From a virus (Duplodnaviria > Caudoviricetes), in IMG/VR virus record IMGVR_UViG_3300046681_000151, positions 1 through 64,000 of that record: DNA of 64,000 bases; one strand, 5' to 3'. The translations under genes and the position numbers were made by a program. Under the pieces are notes generated by a model. The model did no database searches. It saw only the letters and a program-made list of their open reading frames with translations, and had not been told where the DNA came from. Positions 25,859 through 35,741 of this stretch are shown piece by piece. The first letter of the stretch is position 1; each line of letters starts with the position of its first letter.

Positions 25859-26217
25859 CAGGCGGCCCTCCGCTCGTCGGCGCGGGCGTTGATGGCGTCG
25901 AGCCGTTCGGCCGACAACGTGTAGACCTTGATCGGCTTCCCGTGAGTGGACTCGGCGGTGGACGGTTCCTCGCCGACGACGACCACCTGCCGCGGGCTGC
26001 GACGCCGCACCAGCGAGTGGAAGAACAAGCCGGCCGCGCCATGGGCGAGTTCCGGCAGCACGGCCCGCAGGTCGTTGGCACTGAACGGCCTGCCGTCGCC
26101 GCCGATTGCGTCGATGGCCTGGTTGAGGAGGGCCTCGTCCCAGTCGGTGACGTTGGCGTACAGGGTGGCGAGGGTGGTGTTCGCCTGCTCGCGGGCCTCG
26201 GCGGGGGTGATGGTCAT
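25858..26217 (-). CDS. hypothetical protein
   Basis: Coupled ORF; FSANDLR motif. Confidence 0.65.
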   Translation of the reverse strand: MTITPAEAREQANTTLATLYANVTDWDEALLNQAIDAIGGDGRPFSANDLRAVLPELAHGAAGLFFHSLVRRRSPRQVVVVGEEPSTAESTHGKPIKVYTLSAERLDAINARADERRAA

Positions 26218-26633
26218 GAGGTGGTCTCCTCGTCGGCGATCTCGGCGTCTTGCGCGGGGGCGGCGGCTTCCAGCTCGGCGTCCGACATCAGCCAGTGCGG
26301 GAGCCGGCTGGTGTTGAGCACGACTCGGATGTCCTTGGCTGCGCGGGAGATCTGGGCGGCGCGCGCCCGGCCGACATCGGTGGTGGCCTTGGCGGCGATC
26401 TCCTCGTACCGCTCGGCGAGCGTGTTGAGGGCGGACAGGGTGGCGCTGGGGTCGTCGCCTCCGTCGTCCCATCCGTTGGCGACGTGCCGCAGGACGTAGG
26501 CGGCGCCTTCCTTGCCCATGCCGTTGGCGACGGCCTCGATTTCGACGCCGCCCTCGGTTTTGCCGGGCCGGATGATGACGAAGGCGAGGGCGTCCGTGCC
26601 GTCGACGGCGGTGATGGTCGTGTTGTCGGTCAT
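26214..26633 (-). CDS. hypothetical protein
   Basis: AAGGAG RBS. Confidence 0.65.
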   Translation of the reverse strand: MTDNTTITAVDGTDALAFVIIRPGKTEGGVEIEAVANGMGKEGAAYVLRHVANGWDDGGDDPSATLSALNTLAERYEEIAAKATTDVGRARAAQISRAAKDIRVVLNTSRLPHWLMSDAELEAAAPAQDAEIADEETTS

Positions 26634-26703
26634 GGCGGTGTGCTCTCCTTTGGGGTGGCGACCGGCCGTATTTCGGGTACGGCCGGTCGCCGAACGGGGT
26701 GGG

Positions 26704-27576
26704 CTACTGCGGGGGCTGTGCGGCCTCGGGCCACATGGACGCCTCGCCCGCCGGCTGACCGATGGGCGTTGCGTCGGGCTTCTGATCGCGCCTGCCGGTG
26801 ATCTCGGCGCCGGTGATGTGCTCGGGCGGGAAGGCTTCGTCGCGGGTCATCTCGCCCTTGCGGACGGACTGGAAGATGACCTGGAGTTCGGCGGCGTCTT
26901 CCTCGGTCCACTTCTCCTGCGGCCGGCCGCCGAGCTTCTTCTCCAACTGCCTGACCGTGACGCCGACGCGCGCATAGGCGCCGACGGCGTCCTCGATGCG
27001 CTTCTCCAGCGGGGTGCCGTCGCCCTCTTTGAGGGTCTTCTGGCAGATCTGGATCGCCTCGGCGACGTACCAGGCGGGCAGCATGGCGAAGATGGCCTCG
27101 CGGAGGCGGCGGGCTCCGAGGTTCGCGTTGTTCTCGTACACGTCCCGCAGGTCGGTGAGGCTCTTCTGGCCCTTCTTGGTGTCGCGGATGTGCGGGGCGA
27201 TGAAGATCTGCGAGGAGCGGGAGTTGCGCTGCAAGTCCCAGGCGTAGGCGAGGATTTCGGACTGGCCGAGTGCCGTGTCGCGGGAGAGTTCCATCGTGCC
27301 GTGCTGCATGTTGCCCCAGATCAGGGCGATCTCGCGGGCCATGTGGATGGACGGGCCGGAGATGGTCTCGCCGGCCTTCGGGTAGGAGAAGAACGCCTTC
27401 TCGGCGAGCGCGTACTGGCGGCAGGCGAACCGCATTTCGGCTTGCGCCGCTTCGACGTTGCGGGGGCTCTGCTGGGCGATGAAGACCGCGGCTTTGACCT
27501 CGGCTTCGGCGCGCGACATCTCGATCGCGGTCGACTGGCCGATGTGGCTGGCGGGCTGCTGGGCAGGGAAGTTCAC
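26704..27576 (-). CDS. putative ssDNA-annealing recombinase (RecT-like partner)
   Basis: Coupled to the exonuclease; PRN...GPSI..A...WGN motif. Confidence 0.65.
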   Translation of the reverse strand: MNFPAQQPASHIGQSTAIEMSRAEAEVKAAVFIAQQSPRNVEAAQAEMRFACRQYALAEKAFFSYPKAGETISGPSIHMAREIALIWGNMQHGTMELSRDTALGQSEILAYAWDLQRNSRSSQIFIAPHIRDTKKGQKSLTDLRDVYENNANLGARRLREAIFAMLPAWYVAEAIQICQKTLKEGDGTPLEKRIEDAVGAYARVGVTVRQLEKKLGGRPQEKWTEEDAAELQVIFQSVRKGEMTRDEAFPPEHITGAEITGRRDQKPDATPIGQPAGEASMWPEAAQPPQ

Positions 27577-28433
27577 AGGTACATCTCCTTGTCGCGGTTC
27601 TCCGCGTAGCCGGGGAGGGCGAGGTAGTTGGGGTTTTCGTCGGCGTAGCCGGGCCAGTTGCCGGTGGACATGCACTCGGCGAACTTCTCGATGGCGGCCC
27701 TGTTCTTGGCGCGGCCGATCTCGCGGGAGAAGAACTCGAAGCCGATGATGTTGACCAGGTAGGGGGCCGTCTTCTCCTGCACGACCAGGAGCATTTCGGC
27801 TTCCTGGCCGCACAGTTCGAGGGCTCGTGCGGCCTCCTCGTACCAGGCGGCCTGGCAGTTGTAGCCGTACTTGGCGATGTCCTTCTGCATGGCCTCGTCA
27901 CTGGCGTCGGCCGCGGTCTTGTAGTCGGGGATGATCAGCCGGCCGGACTGCATGGAGGGCAGCCAGTCGAAGCGGACCCGACGTCGAATGCCGGTCGGGC
28001 CGTCGATCCAGAACCCGGACTGCTCGGGCGCCCCGTAGGCGGGGTCAAGGAGGGCTGCGGCGAGCGGGTGCCGGCGGATGGCCTCCGCCATGTCCTTCAC
28101 CATCTGCATCTCGTGCCGCTTGAGCGGGATGCCGCCCTGGGCGCGAGCGGCGACGACCTCGGCTTTAGCTTCCTTGGTTGTCCAGGCGTCGTGGTCGACG
28201 AGGATCAACTTCGGCCCGTTGCCGAGAACCGTCTTGTGGGCGGCGTTGCCGTAGTCGAACGTCTTCGTCGGGGCCGGCGGGTTGTCCTGCTCAAAGCGGA
28301 ACTTGGCGGGGCAGGACGGCGGCAGCAGCTTGCGGGCACCCGACGACGACAGGGACGTCTTATCAGCGTGGTACGACTCATTGGACAGGTCCGTGTGGAG
28401 CCCAAGAGCCGGGGCGTCGACGATGGTGGTCAC
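27573..28433 (-). CDS. RecE/exonuclease VIII-like PD-(D/E)XK nuclease
   Basis: YHAD..LSSSG, G.A.H, EQS, R.D, DYKT, Y..QAA.Y. Confidence 0.85.
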   Translation of the reverse strand: MTTIVDAPALGLHTDLSNESYHADKTSLSSSGARKLLPPSCPAKFRFEQDNPPAPTKTFDYGNAAHKTVLGNGPKLILVDHDAWTTKEAKAEVVAARAQGGIPLKRHEMQMVKDMAEAIRRHPLAAALLDPAYGAPEQSGFWIDGPTGIRRRVRFDWLPSMQSGRLIIPDYKTAADASDEAMQKDIAKYGYNCQAAWYEEAARALELCGQEAEMLLVVQEKTAPYLVNIIGFEFFSREIGRAKNRAAIEKFAECMSTGNWPGYADENPNYLALPGYAENRDKEMYL

Positions 28434-28975
28434 GCCGCCACCTCCCCACCACGAGGGAAGTTGAGCCTGGCGAAGTCGCCCCAGGCAGCTTCGGCGGCAG
28501 CGTCATAAGCACGGGCAGCATCAGCCTCGACGGTGAAGCTGCCGAGGTATTTGCTGCACCCAGATACTTCGATCTTCGCTACCCACTTGCGGGAGCCCTT
28601 GGCCCAGTGGACGCCCTTGTAGATCGAGGTGCGCGGCCTTCCGTCGGGACGCTGCGGCTTCCACATGTTGGCGCTGTTCTGCGACGGCGTGGCTATCCGA
28701 AGGTTGGCGCGCCGGTTGTCGAGGCCGTTGCCGTTGATGTGGTCGGTCTCGTATCCGGCCGGGGTCTCGGCGATGAGGCGGTGCATATAGAGCGACCCGC
28801 CAGTGACGCTGGCGTGCGCGTAGAACTTGCCGTTGTGGCCACGCAGCAGGAGCCAGTTGTAGCGGGCCACCCACTCGTAGTCCGCAGCATTGACGATTGC
28901 TACGTGCCCCGCCTCAATCGGGATGAGGCGCACCTCATCCGGCGCTTCGGTGGCCGGCACGGCGATGGCGGTCAT
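28430..28975 (-). CDS. HNH-AP2 homing endonuclease
   Basis: MHRLI...DHINGNGLDNRRANLR; YKGV...LGSF...AARAYD AP2. Confidence 0.9.
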   Translation of the reverse strand: MTAIAVPATEAPDEVRLIPIEAGHVAIVNAADYEWVARYNWLLLRGHNGKFYAHASVTGGSLYMHRLIAETPAGYETDHINGNGLDNRRANLRIATPSQNSANMWKPQRPDGRPRTSIYKGVHWAKGSRKWVAKIEVSGCSKYLGSFTVEADAARAYDAAAEAAWGDFARLNFPRGGEVAA

Positions 28976-29472
28976 CGGGCGCCGCCTTCGATGAGGGACG
29001 CGTAGTAGCAGCGCCCGGGCCGCTCGCTGCGGAGCTCGACGAGGCCGGCGCGGTGCAGGTCTTCGAGGCAGCGCCGGGCGACAGAGCGGTAGACGTTGGT
29101 GCCCATGGCGCGGTGGAGAATCGACTTCGCCCGGCCCGGGGTCCATTCGCCGCCGTCGACGGTGACGGCCTGGAGGAGCGCGGACTTTGCGAGGCGAGGG
29201 CCCATGGGGGTCCGCTGGATTGCCTGGGGGTACAGCACGTAGGAGCGCCGTCCGTCGACGGTGCGAGGGATCAGCTGGCCGCGGTGGGCGAGGTCCCGCA
29301 GGTCTCGGCGTGCTGCGTTGCGGCCGATGCCGGACCACGGAGTGACGCTGTAGAGGTCTCGGGCTCCCCTGGTCGTGACGGGCCGTTGTGGATTCTCCTT
29401 GATGAGCGCGAGCAGGCTGTCGCGGCGCGCGGTGACGTCCAGGCTTCCCCTGGCCTCGGCGAGGGCAGTCAC
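28972..29472 (-). CDS. tandem winged-helix DNA-binding protein
   Basis: Two R..AR..L.DL.R.G.L/V repeats. Confidence 0.6.
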   Translation of the reverse strand: MTALAEARGSLDVTARRDSLLALIKENPQRPVTTRGARDLYSVTPWSGIGRNAARRDLRDLAHRGQLIPRTVDGRRSYVLYPQAIQRTPMGPRLAKSALLQAVTVDGGEWTPGRAKSILHRAMGTNVYRSVARRCLEDLHRAGLVELRSERPGRCYYASLIEGGAR

Positions 29473-29804
29473 GCGGCACCGTCCAGCGGCATCGGCCGGG
29501 CGCAGGCCTCGCACAGGCCGGCCGGGGTGAGCGGCCCGTCGTCCTGCTTGCAGCGCGGGCAGCGCCCCATGGCCAGGTCGCGGAGGTGGGCGGCGCCGTC
29601 GGGGTCGTACTGGATGGCGGTGACGGCGGCCACGTAGGCGGGGAAGCCGGCGGCGAGCCGGTCCTTGTTGCCGGGGTCGGCGGCGTCGATCGTGACGAGC
29701 AGCTGCCGGGTGAACGAGCCGGGTTTCAGGCCGCCTTCGCGGCCGTAGTGCCACAGCACGTGGGCTGCCACATCGGCGGGAATCGTCGGGGTGCTGGTGC
29801 TCAC
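29469..29804 (-). CDS. hypothetical protein with C-terminal zinc finger
   Basis: AHVLWHYG...PGSF; CPRC...CEAC. Confidence 0.65.
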   Translation of the reverse strand: MSTSTPTIPADVAAHVLWHYGREGGLKPGSFTRQLLVTIDAADPGNKDRLAAGFPAYVAAVTAIQYDPDGAAHLRDLAMGRCPRCKQDDGPLTPAGLCEACARPMPLDGAA

Positions 29805-29960
29805 TTCTGGTGCTCCTGTTCGCTTCTGAGCTGCGTGTTCGGCGTGAAATGGGTGCACTGAGGGCGGGCCGCCAGCCCCGACCGGGGGGTGGTGCAGGGC
29901 TGGCGACCCTGGGAGGCCGCGGAGTTGGGGGGACTCCGGCGGCCGGTCTTGGGTTGTTGG

Positions 29961-31034
29961 TCAGGCGGTGGCGGCGGTAGCAGGCGCGGCCGTCTCTGCG
30001 GCCTTGTGCTCCTCGGCCCGCTCCTTGAGGTAGGCCGTGTACTCGTCGTGCCACTGCTGCGGGTTGTGGCCGGCTGCTTCGGCGGCATCCCACGCGAACT
30101 CGCCGATCTCGCCGGAGTCGAGCTGCTCGGCCGTGTCGGCGATGATCTGCTCGGCGTACCGCGGGTCGACGGTGTGCAGGGCGTCGAGGAACCGGTACGC
30201 CATCCAGGCGTGCACTCCGGCGCTGACGTGGGCGTGGAACTCGTCCGGGTTGCTCATGGACTTGCCGTGCATGTCGGCGCACGAGTGGAGCGTCTGCTTG
30301 AGGAGTTCCTCGCCGGTCTCGCGGGGGTCCTTCGTGACCTCGTAGCACTGGTTGGGGTCGTCGGCGGGCATGTCGGCCGCCATGTCGGCGCCCTTCGCTC
30401 CGGCGGCCAGCGTCCACAGCCACAGGCTGCTGGCGGACTCGAACGTCTCTTCCGTGACTGGTCCGACTCCGGCGTACCGGGCGGGCATCTGGGCGCCGAT
30501 GAAGTCCTCGGCGAAGACGAGCACGGGCTTCTGGTCGCCGGTGATGCGGACGCGGATGCCGTGGCCGCTGTCCGCCCACCCGGCCAGGGTCTCGGTGTTC
30601 AGGGCGGGGAACGTCTCTGCCTCGGCGGTCTGTTCGCTGATGGTGCGGAGCAGGCCGCGCCAGTCGGGGAAGGCCAGGCCGAGGCTGACGGCGATGCGGA
30701 GTTCGGTGTGGGGTCCGGCGAACACGAGCCGGTCTTCGTCGGTGCTGATCGTGATGTACGAGGCCCCCTTCATGGCGCTGGTCCACTCGCGCAGTGAGGG
30801 CAGGTACTGGGCGGGGATGGTGCGCGCCCACGGCTCCTGGTTGAGGTCGCCGTGGTTGAGCTGGTAGCGGGCGGCGGCGAGGGTGTACCGGTCGGAGGTG
30901 ACCGCATACAGGTAGCGGGCGTCGATGTCGAGACGGATGCCGTTCAGCTGCTCGTTGGACTCGTCGTCGTAGAGGTGGCTGCTCGTCTTGTCGAGGAGCC
31001 GGCCGAGCTGGTGAGCGTTGATCGTGACGGACAC
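29961..31034 (-). CDS. DNA polymerase III beta-clamp-like domain protein
   Basis: LNGIRLD...AVTSDRYTLA...FPDWR...MP.R beta-clamp motifs. Confidence 0.6.
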   Translation of the reverse strand: MSVTINAHQLGRLLDKTSSHLYDDESNEQLNGIRLDIDARYLYAVTSDRYTLAAARYQLNHGDLNQEPWARTIPAQYLPSLREWTSAMKGASYITISTDEDRLVFAGPHTELRIAVSLGLAFPDWRGLLRTISEQTAEAETFPALNTETLAGWADSGHGIRVRITGDQKPVLVFAEDFIGAQMPARYAGVGPVTEETFESASSLWLWTLAAGAKGADMAADMPADDPNQCYEVTKDPRETGEELLKQTLHSCADMHGKSMSNPDEFHAHVSAGVHAWMAYRFLDALHTVDPRYAEQIIADTAEQLDSGEIGEFAWDAAEAAGHNPQQWHDEYTAYLKERAEEHKAAETAAPATAATA

Positions 31035-31139
31035 GGATACTCCTGGGAGACTGGTGGCGGACCCCCGCTCGCTGTCATCGGGCGGGGTTTCTTCTTGGGC
31101 GCCGGCGAGGCGAGAGCGAGTCATCGCCCCACCGGCGGG

Positions 31140-31628
31140 TCAGTGGGTGGCGGCGCGGCCCGGGTCGAGGACGGGCCCGAGGAGTCCGGCGTCGCGGGCG
31201 TCCCAGAGGGCGCGGACGTCGATGGGCCCGGTCGCCATGTCTTCCGGCCCGTCGATGGGGCGGATCATCGGCGGCACGTCGATCCGGTTGGCGTTGTCCT
31301 CTGCCGCGATCTGGGCGCCGAAGCGGGCCTGCAGTTGGAGCGCCCGGTCCCGCCACTCGTCGCGGTTCACCCGCATCTGCTCGGCGACCGCCTCGGCCTC
31401 GTCGCGCAGCTGCTGTTCCAGGCCGAGTGCGGCGTTGGTGGTGACGACGTCGTGCATGAGGATCGCGAAGAAGTCGTCGGCGCCGGCCTGCCAGTCGAGG
31501 AGCTTGGCGTTGTCCTCACGGACGGCGGCCAGGTGTTCCTGGGCCTTGCGCAGCTTGGTCTCGATGCGGTTCGCCTTGCGGGGCCTCGGCTTGCCGCTCA
31601 GGCTGGGGATCAAGTCGGTGAGCGTCAC
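31140..31628 (-). CDS. hypothetical coiled-coil protein
   Basis: Coupled ORF. Confidence 0.65.
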   Translation of the reverse strand: MTLTDLIPSLSGKPRPRKANRIETKLRKAQEHLAAVREDNAKLLDWQAGADDFFAILMHDVVTTNAALGLEQQLRDEAEAVAEQMRVNRDEWRDRALQLQARFGAQIAAEDNANRIDVPPMIRPIDGPEDMATGPIDVRALWDARDAGLLGPVLDPGRAATH

Positions 31629-31939
31629 TGCTGCTCCAGTCCGGTGCGGTCGATGTAGCCGGCGGCGTCGGTGTCGGCGAAGTTGCGGGCGGTGGCTTCG
31701 GCGCGGCTGAGTTCGGTGGCCGCGGCGAGCCCGAGCGCGTCGAGGAGTTCGAGCACCCCCGCGGCGATGGCCGGCTGCCGGGCGAGCTGCTTGCCGGCGA
31801 GCTTCGGCATCAATTCGTCCAACTCATGCGGGTGTTCGGCGGCGATCCGGTCCGCGACATGCACGGCCGCGGCACGGGTCTGCCGGAAGGTGGGTGCGCT
31901 GACCGCCCCCACGGACTGGCCCAGCTCTCCGCCGCTCAT
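31625..31939 (-). CDS. hypothetical protein
   Basis: ATGA-coupled. Confidence 0.55.
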   Translation of the reverse strand: MSGGELGQSVGAVSAPTFRQTRAAAVHVADRIAAEHPHELDELMPKLAGKQLARQPAIAAGVLELLDALGLAAATELSRAEATARNFADTDAAGYIDRTGLEQQ

Positions 31940-32439
31940 GAGGCGGCCTTCCGGGTGACGCGGTCGACCAGGGTGTTGGTGTCGGCGCGCCACGTCTGCG
32001 GGTGGTCCCAGTTCGCAGCCGGGTGGGCGCCTTGGAGGAGGGTGGCGATCTGCCGGGAGCCGCCCGCCTGGAACTTGATGACCCGGCCGTCTGCGGTCAG
32101 GGCGCGGGCGACGACATGCCGGGTGGAGATGCCGGTCGTATCTGTCCACAGCGGGGTGATGAGGATGGTGACCGCGCCGGGCGCGATCTGGCGGATGCGG
32201 TAGGGCAGCTGCTTGGTGTGGCGGCGCCGGCGGGATGCGGAAGCCCGGCGCGGATGCAGCGGATGCACTTCGCGGTCGGCGGTGCGGCGGGAGCGCTGCG
32301 TTTCCAGGAACTCGCCGAGCACACCGCGCGACCAGTGCCCCATGTCGGGGCCGTAGATGGTGGCGAAGTCGGCGTCGAGGGTGATGAGGGCCTGCTCGAC
32401 GTCGTCGGCCGGCGGGCGGGGGGCTACGGCGGTCGCCAT
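31936..32439 (-). CDS. hypothetical protein
   Basis: LLQGAHPAANW...W motif. Confidence 0.65.
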   Translation of the reverse strand: MATAVAPRPPADDVEQALITLDADFATIYGPDMGHWSRGVLGEFLETQRSRRTADREVHPLHPRRASASRRRRHTKQLPYRIRQIAPGAVTILITPLWTDTTGISTRHVVARALTADGRVIKFQAGGSRQIATLLQGAHPAANWDHPQTWRADTNTLVDRVTRKAAS

Positions 32440-32661
32440 CTACGCCACCGCCTTGAGGCTGCGAGAGCCGTGCTCGGCGGCGGCCTGGGCGACGACGGTG
32501 GCCAGCTTGTCCAACGCGGCCTGGCTGGACAGGTCGAGGGCGATCGAGACGTGGTCGAGGACGATCGCCGGGTGGCCGTCCTCGACGACGTACCGGATGT
32601 CGTCCGGGTTGTCGCCGAGGATGAGCGTCTGGTTCAGGAGCCGGGTCGGGTTGTCGTTCAT
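32440..32661 (-). CDS. hypothetical protein
   Basis: Coupled ORF. Confidence 0.6.
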   Translation of the reverse strand: MNDNPTRLLNQTLILGDNPDDIRYVVEDGHPAIVLDHVSIALDLSSQAALDKLATVVAQAAAEHGSRSLKAVA

Positions 32662-32921
32662 CGGGTTTCCTCCTCGACGCTGGCATCGACGACGTCGAGC
32701 CAGTCCTCGTAGTGGTCGGAACTCGGGTGGCCGCCGGTGGACGGCTGGCCGGAGATTGGCGCACTGAGCGCGTAGGCGGCGACGAGGGCGAGGGTGGCGT
32801 GCACCTGGGCTTCGGCGAGAGCCCGGTCTGCTTCGCAGTGGCCCTCATCGTTGGGGCGGGCATAGTTCGCTGCGTCCGTGATGAGCTTCTCGGCCTCGCG
32901 GTAGTGCTCGGGGCCGGTCAC
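32658..32921 (-). CDS. hypothetical protein
   Basis: TGPEHYREAE...AQVHATLAL motif common in actinophages. Confidence 0.7.
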   Translation of the reverse strand: MTGPEHYREAEKLITDAANYARPNDEGHCEADRALAEAQVHATLALVAAYALSAPISGQPSTGGHPSSDHYEDWLDVVDASVEEETR

Positions 32922-33133
32922 TTCGACGCCTCCAGAGGCGTGGCGGTCGGGTACGGGAAGGCGGCGCCGAGGGCGTCTTCGTCGGCGTCGTAGAGCAGAT
33001 GCCGCATCTCGGCGCCCTCGCCGGATGTGGCGTGCTGGCCGTGGACACCGGCCTGCGGGTCGGCCAGCAGCAGGCGGAGGCGTTCGGTCAGCGTTGGCAG
33101 CGGGACGTCGAGGTCGGTGATCGGGCGGGTCAC
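32918..33133 (-). CDS. hypothetical protein
   Basis: Coupled at both ends. Confidence 0.5.
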   Translation of the reverse strand: MTRPITDLDVPLPTLTERLRLLLADPQAGVHGQHATSGEGAEMRHLLYDADEDALGAAFPYPTATPLEASK

Positions 33134-33429
33134 GCCGTCACCGCCCCGCTGAGTCCGGCCAGGGCGTCGGCCCATGCGTCGTCGTTGCCGCCGACGTAGC
33201 GGGCCTCGACGCGTGCGCCGAACTCGGTCAGCGTGTGCCGTGACTCGAACGAGCCGGCCGGGCTGTACGCCGACCGCTGCGACAGCTTCTTGGTGTACGC
33301 CTTGCGGATGTAGTCGCCCGCACCCTCCGCCGACTGCGACGAGTTGTACTCACCCACCGGCTGCCAGACGCCCGGGTTCTCGCGGCAGGCGGCGGCCACG
33401 GCGAAGTGGTCGACCTTGCGGCGCCTCAC
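33130..33429 (-). CDS. hypothetical protein
   Basis: PG.W...GEY...G.FE.R motif. Confidence 0.65.
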   Translation of the reverse strand: MRRRKVDHFAVAAACRENPGVWQPVGEYNSSQSAEGAGDYIRKAYTKKLSQRSAYSPAGSFESRHTLTEFGARVEARYVGGNDDAWADALAGLSGAVTA

Positions 33430-34274
33430 GCCGCACCGCCGAGCGGGAAGCGGTTCTGCACTGCGTAGTTCTTCGAGACCTCGGCCCAGGCCGTGTCGAA
33501 GAGGTCGATGTCCCGGTGCGTATAGACCGCGACGTCGCGGTGCACGCCGTGGATCGGGCGCTTGATCTTCTGTGGGTCCTTGCCGTCATACCGGGCCCGG
33601 TACAGCGCGGCGACGGTCTTCCCCAGACGGGTCCGAGCCGATGCGAGATCGGCCGGCGCGATCCGTCCGTCGAGGTACTCGTCGCAGGTGATCGTGATGT
33701 CGGCGGGGTCGATGTCCGGCTCCTCGCCGTTCATCCGCGCCAACTCGGTGCGCGCCATCGCTTCCATGTAGGAGGCGTTCACGAGACCGAACTGTTTCGC
33801 CACGCCCATTGCCGTCAGCCGCTCACGGGCCAACTGCGCCCGCTCCACGCCGTCCAACTGGGAGCGGAGAGTCTCGACCTGCTCCAGAGTCGCGGCCGGG
33901 TTGATGGCGCCGCCCTGTGTCCAGTACGCCTCGATCGCGTCGGCGGTCTCATCCTGGAAGGCGATGAGCGTCTTGCGGTGAGGTTCGGCGACACGGTGCT
34001 CGTTCACCGTGGCCAGCAGCATCAGGAAAGTGCGGACCGGCACGGCTGCCATCTCGTAGGTCTTGCCGTCGGACCCAGTTGTGTCCGTCTGCGCCACAAC
34101 TGCCCACGAGCGGGACTTGAGCTTGCGGAGCTGTGCAGAGTAGGAGAGTCCAAGCTCCTCGACTGCGGGCTTGAGGACGATGTGCGGTGCGCCGTCCACG
34201 AGGACGGTCTGAACGGAGCCGGCCGACAGGTCGAGTTTCACGACCTCGCGCGACTCGGGTGATGATGTGGACAA
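33426..34274 (-). CDS. phage antirepressor (P22 Ant N-terminal domain)
   Basis: VLKP..E.LGLSYSAQ.RKL...SDGK.Y.M...AYWTQG. Confidence 0.85.
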   Translation of the reverse strand: MSTSSPESREVVKLDLSAGSVQTVLVDGAPHIVLKPAVEELGLSYSAQLRKLKSRSWAVVAQTDTTGSDGKTYEMAAVPVRTFLMLLATVNEHRVAEPHRKTLIAFQDETADAIEAYWTQGGAINPAATLEQVETLRSQLDGVERAQLARERLTAMGVAKQFGLVNASYMEAMARTELARMNGEEPDIDPADITITCDEYLDGRIAPADLASARTRLGKTVAALYRARYDGKDPQKIKRPIHGVHRDVAVYTHRDIDLFDTAWAEVSKNYAVQNRFPLGGAA

Positions 34275-34379
34275 GGTCCACTCCGGTTTCTCTCAGGGAT
34301 CGATGGGTGGATCTCGCGGCGTGAGCCGCGGTGGCCCCGGCTGCCGGTAGCCCCCGGCGGTTGGGGTCTTTTGCTGCTC

Positions 34380-34607
34380 TCAGGCGGCGGAGTGGCTGGC
34401 CTGGTCGGTGTCGGCGTGTTCGCCGTTCAACCAGGCGTCCAGCTCGGTGACCTTGTAGGCGTAGCGGCGGAGTCCGTGACGCACGCCTTTCGGACCTGTT
34501 TCGTCGCGGCGCCAGCGGTAGAGGGTGACGACGTGGACGCCGATGTAGTCGGCGGCGTCGTCGCTCCACAGCCAGCCCTTCGGTGGGGGCTTGGGGTTCT
34601 TGGCCAT
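34380..34607 (-). CDS. excisionase/AlpA-like HTH protein
   Basis: DAADYIGV..TLYRWR..GP...Y...LDAWL. Confidence 0.8.
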   Translation of the reverse strand: MAKNPKPPPKGWLWSDDAADYIGVHVVTLYRWRRDETGPKGVRHGLRRYAYKVTELDAWLNGEHADTDQASHSAA

Positions 34608-34611
34608 TGGT

Positions 34612-34908
34612 CTATTCCTCGCTCGCGGGGGTGGGGGTACGAGACGTTCGATTCAGATTCGGAGACGATGGGGGCGCGAAAAGGGGGAAGATCGCGCTTC
34701 CGACGGCCTCCGAGAGGGCCGTGGCGTCGTCGACGTCAGCGGTGGGCTGTCTGCCGGTCAGGAGCTTCTCGATCACTCCCTGGCTGACACCGGACTCTTC
34801 GGCGAGAGTGCGGACCGAGTAGGGCTTTCCTCGGCCCGGAAAGTCCATGTAGTGCTTGAGGACTGGGACGCTGCGCAGGGTCCAGCGTCGGCTTGCACGT
34901 CGGCTCAC
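34612..34908 (-). CDS. Cro-like XRE regulator
   Basis: YSVRTLAEESGVSQGVIEKLLTG; divergent from the repressor. Confidence 0.75.
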   Translation of the reverse strand: MSRRASRRWTLRSVPVLKHYMDFPGRGKPYSVRTLAEESGVSQGVIEKLLTGRQPTADVDDATALSEAVGSAIFPLFAPPSSPNLNRTSRTPTPASEE

Positions 34909-34959
34909 GATTCCCCCGGTGTTGCGGATCTGTTTGCCTAACAGAGCAAATCATAGTGG

Positions 34960-35060
34960 AGCCGTTTCGTCTACAGATCCGAGACGATTCACCGCCGGGT
35001 ATCGGAAAATCTCGTGGCTGGATAGCATCGATCTGTAGACGAACTGTCTCGGATCGAAGA
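34960..35060. promoter_or_regulatory. lysis/lysogeny switch operators
   Basis: 14-bp IR TTCGTCTACAGATC (34966) / GATCTGTAGACGAA (35030); GATCCGAGAC / GTCTCGGATC. Confidence 0.6.
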
Positions 35061-35152
35061 AGGTTGTACGGACTGAGCTGGTACTTTTCCGACGCGCACT
35101 CCCCCACGCAGAGACAGTCGGTGTTGAAGTGTCACGAGAGGACGAAGAGGAC

Positions 35153-35584
35153 ATGACGGCTCCGGCCACCACCCCAGACCCCGGTGCGGCCGAATCAACC
35201 CCCACCGGTGCGCTCTCCCAGCTCATCCAGGACGCCAACGACCGAGGCATCTCCTACCAGAAGATGTCCGACCGGGCCGTCGACGAGGAGAGCGGCACCC
35301 GACTGTCCAAGCCGTACCTGCAGCGCCTCGTCTCCAACCCGCCCACGAACTCACCCAGCCCGAAGCAGCTGAAGGCCCTCGCGAACGCCCTCGGGGTCAG
35401 CGAGCGGCGACTCAAGGCCGCCGCCGCCGCCCAGTGGCTGGAATACGAAGCCACCGAGCTGGCCGGCTACAACGACGAGGTGCGCATCATCGTCGGCCAC
35501 CTCGCGGGCATGCCCGAGTCCGAGCTGCGGCGCTGGCGGGCGATGATCGAAGCCGACGAGCGCGCCCGCCGCGAAAACGAGTAG
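35153..35584 (+). CDS. immunity repressor (XRE HTH)
   Basis: GISYQKMSDRA...LKALANALGVS; divergent from Cro, upstream of the integrase. Confidence 0.75.
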   Translation: MTAPATTPDPGAAESTPTGALSQLIQDANDRGISYQKMSDRAVDEESGTRLSKPYLQRLVSNPPTNSPSPKQLKALANALGVSERRLKAAAAAQWLEYEATELAGYNDEVRIIVGHLAGMPESELRRWRAMIEADERARRENE

Positions 35585-35741
35585 CGGACCAGACAGGCCC
35601 CGTGGGCAAGTTGACCAAAAAAGTCCCCAAGTAGACATTCCCGTCGACTCGTTGTCGACGTCTGCTCACGGGGCGTACCCTTCCACAACCGTGCGTGTCC
35701 GGCGCATCGCGCCCACCCGCACTGTGACCCTGGGAGGGTTC

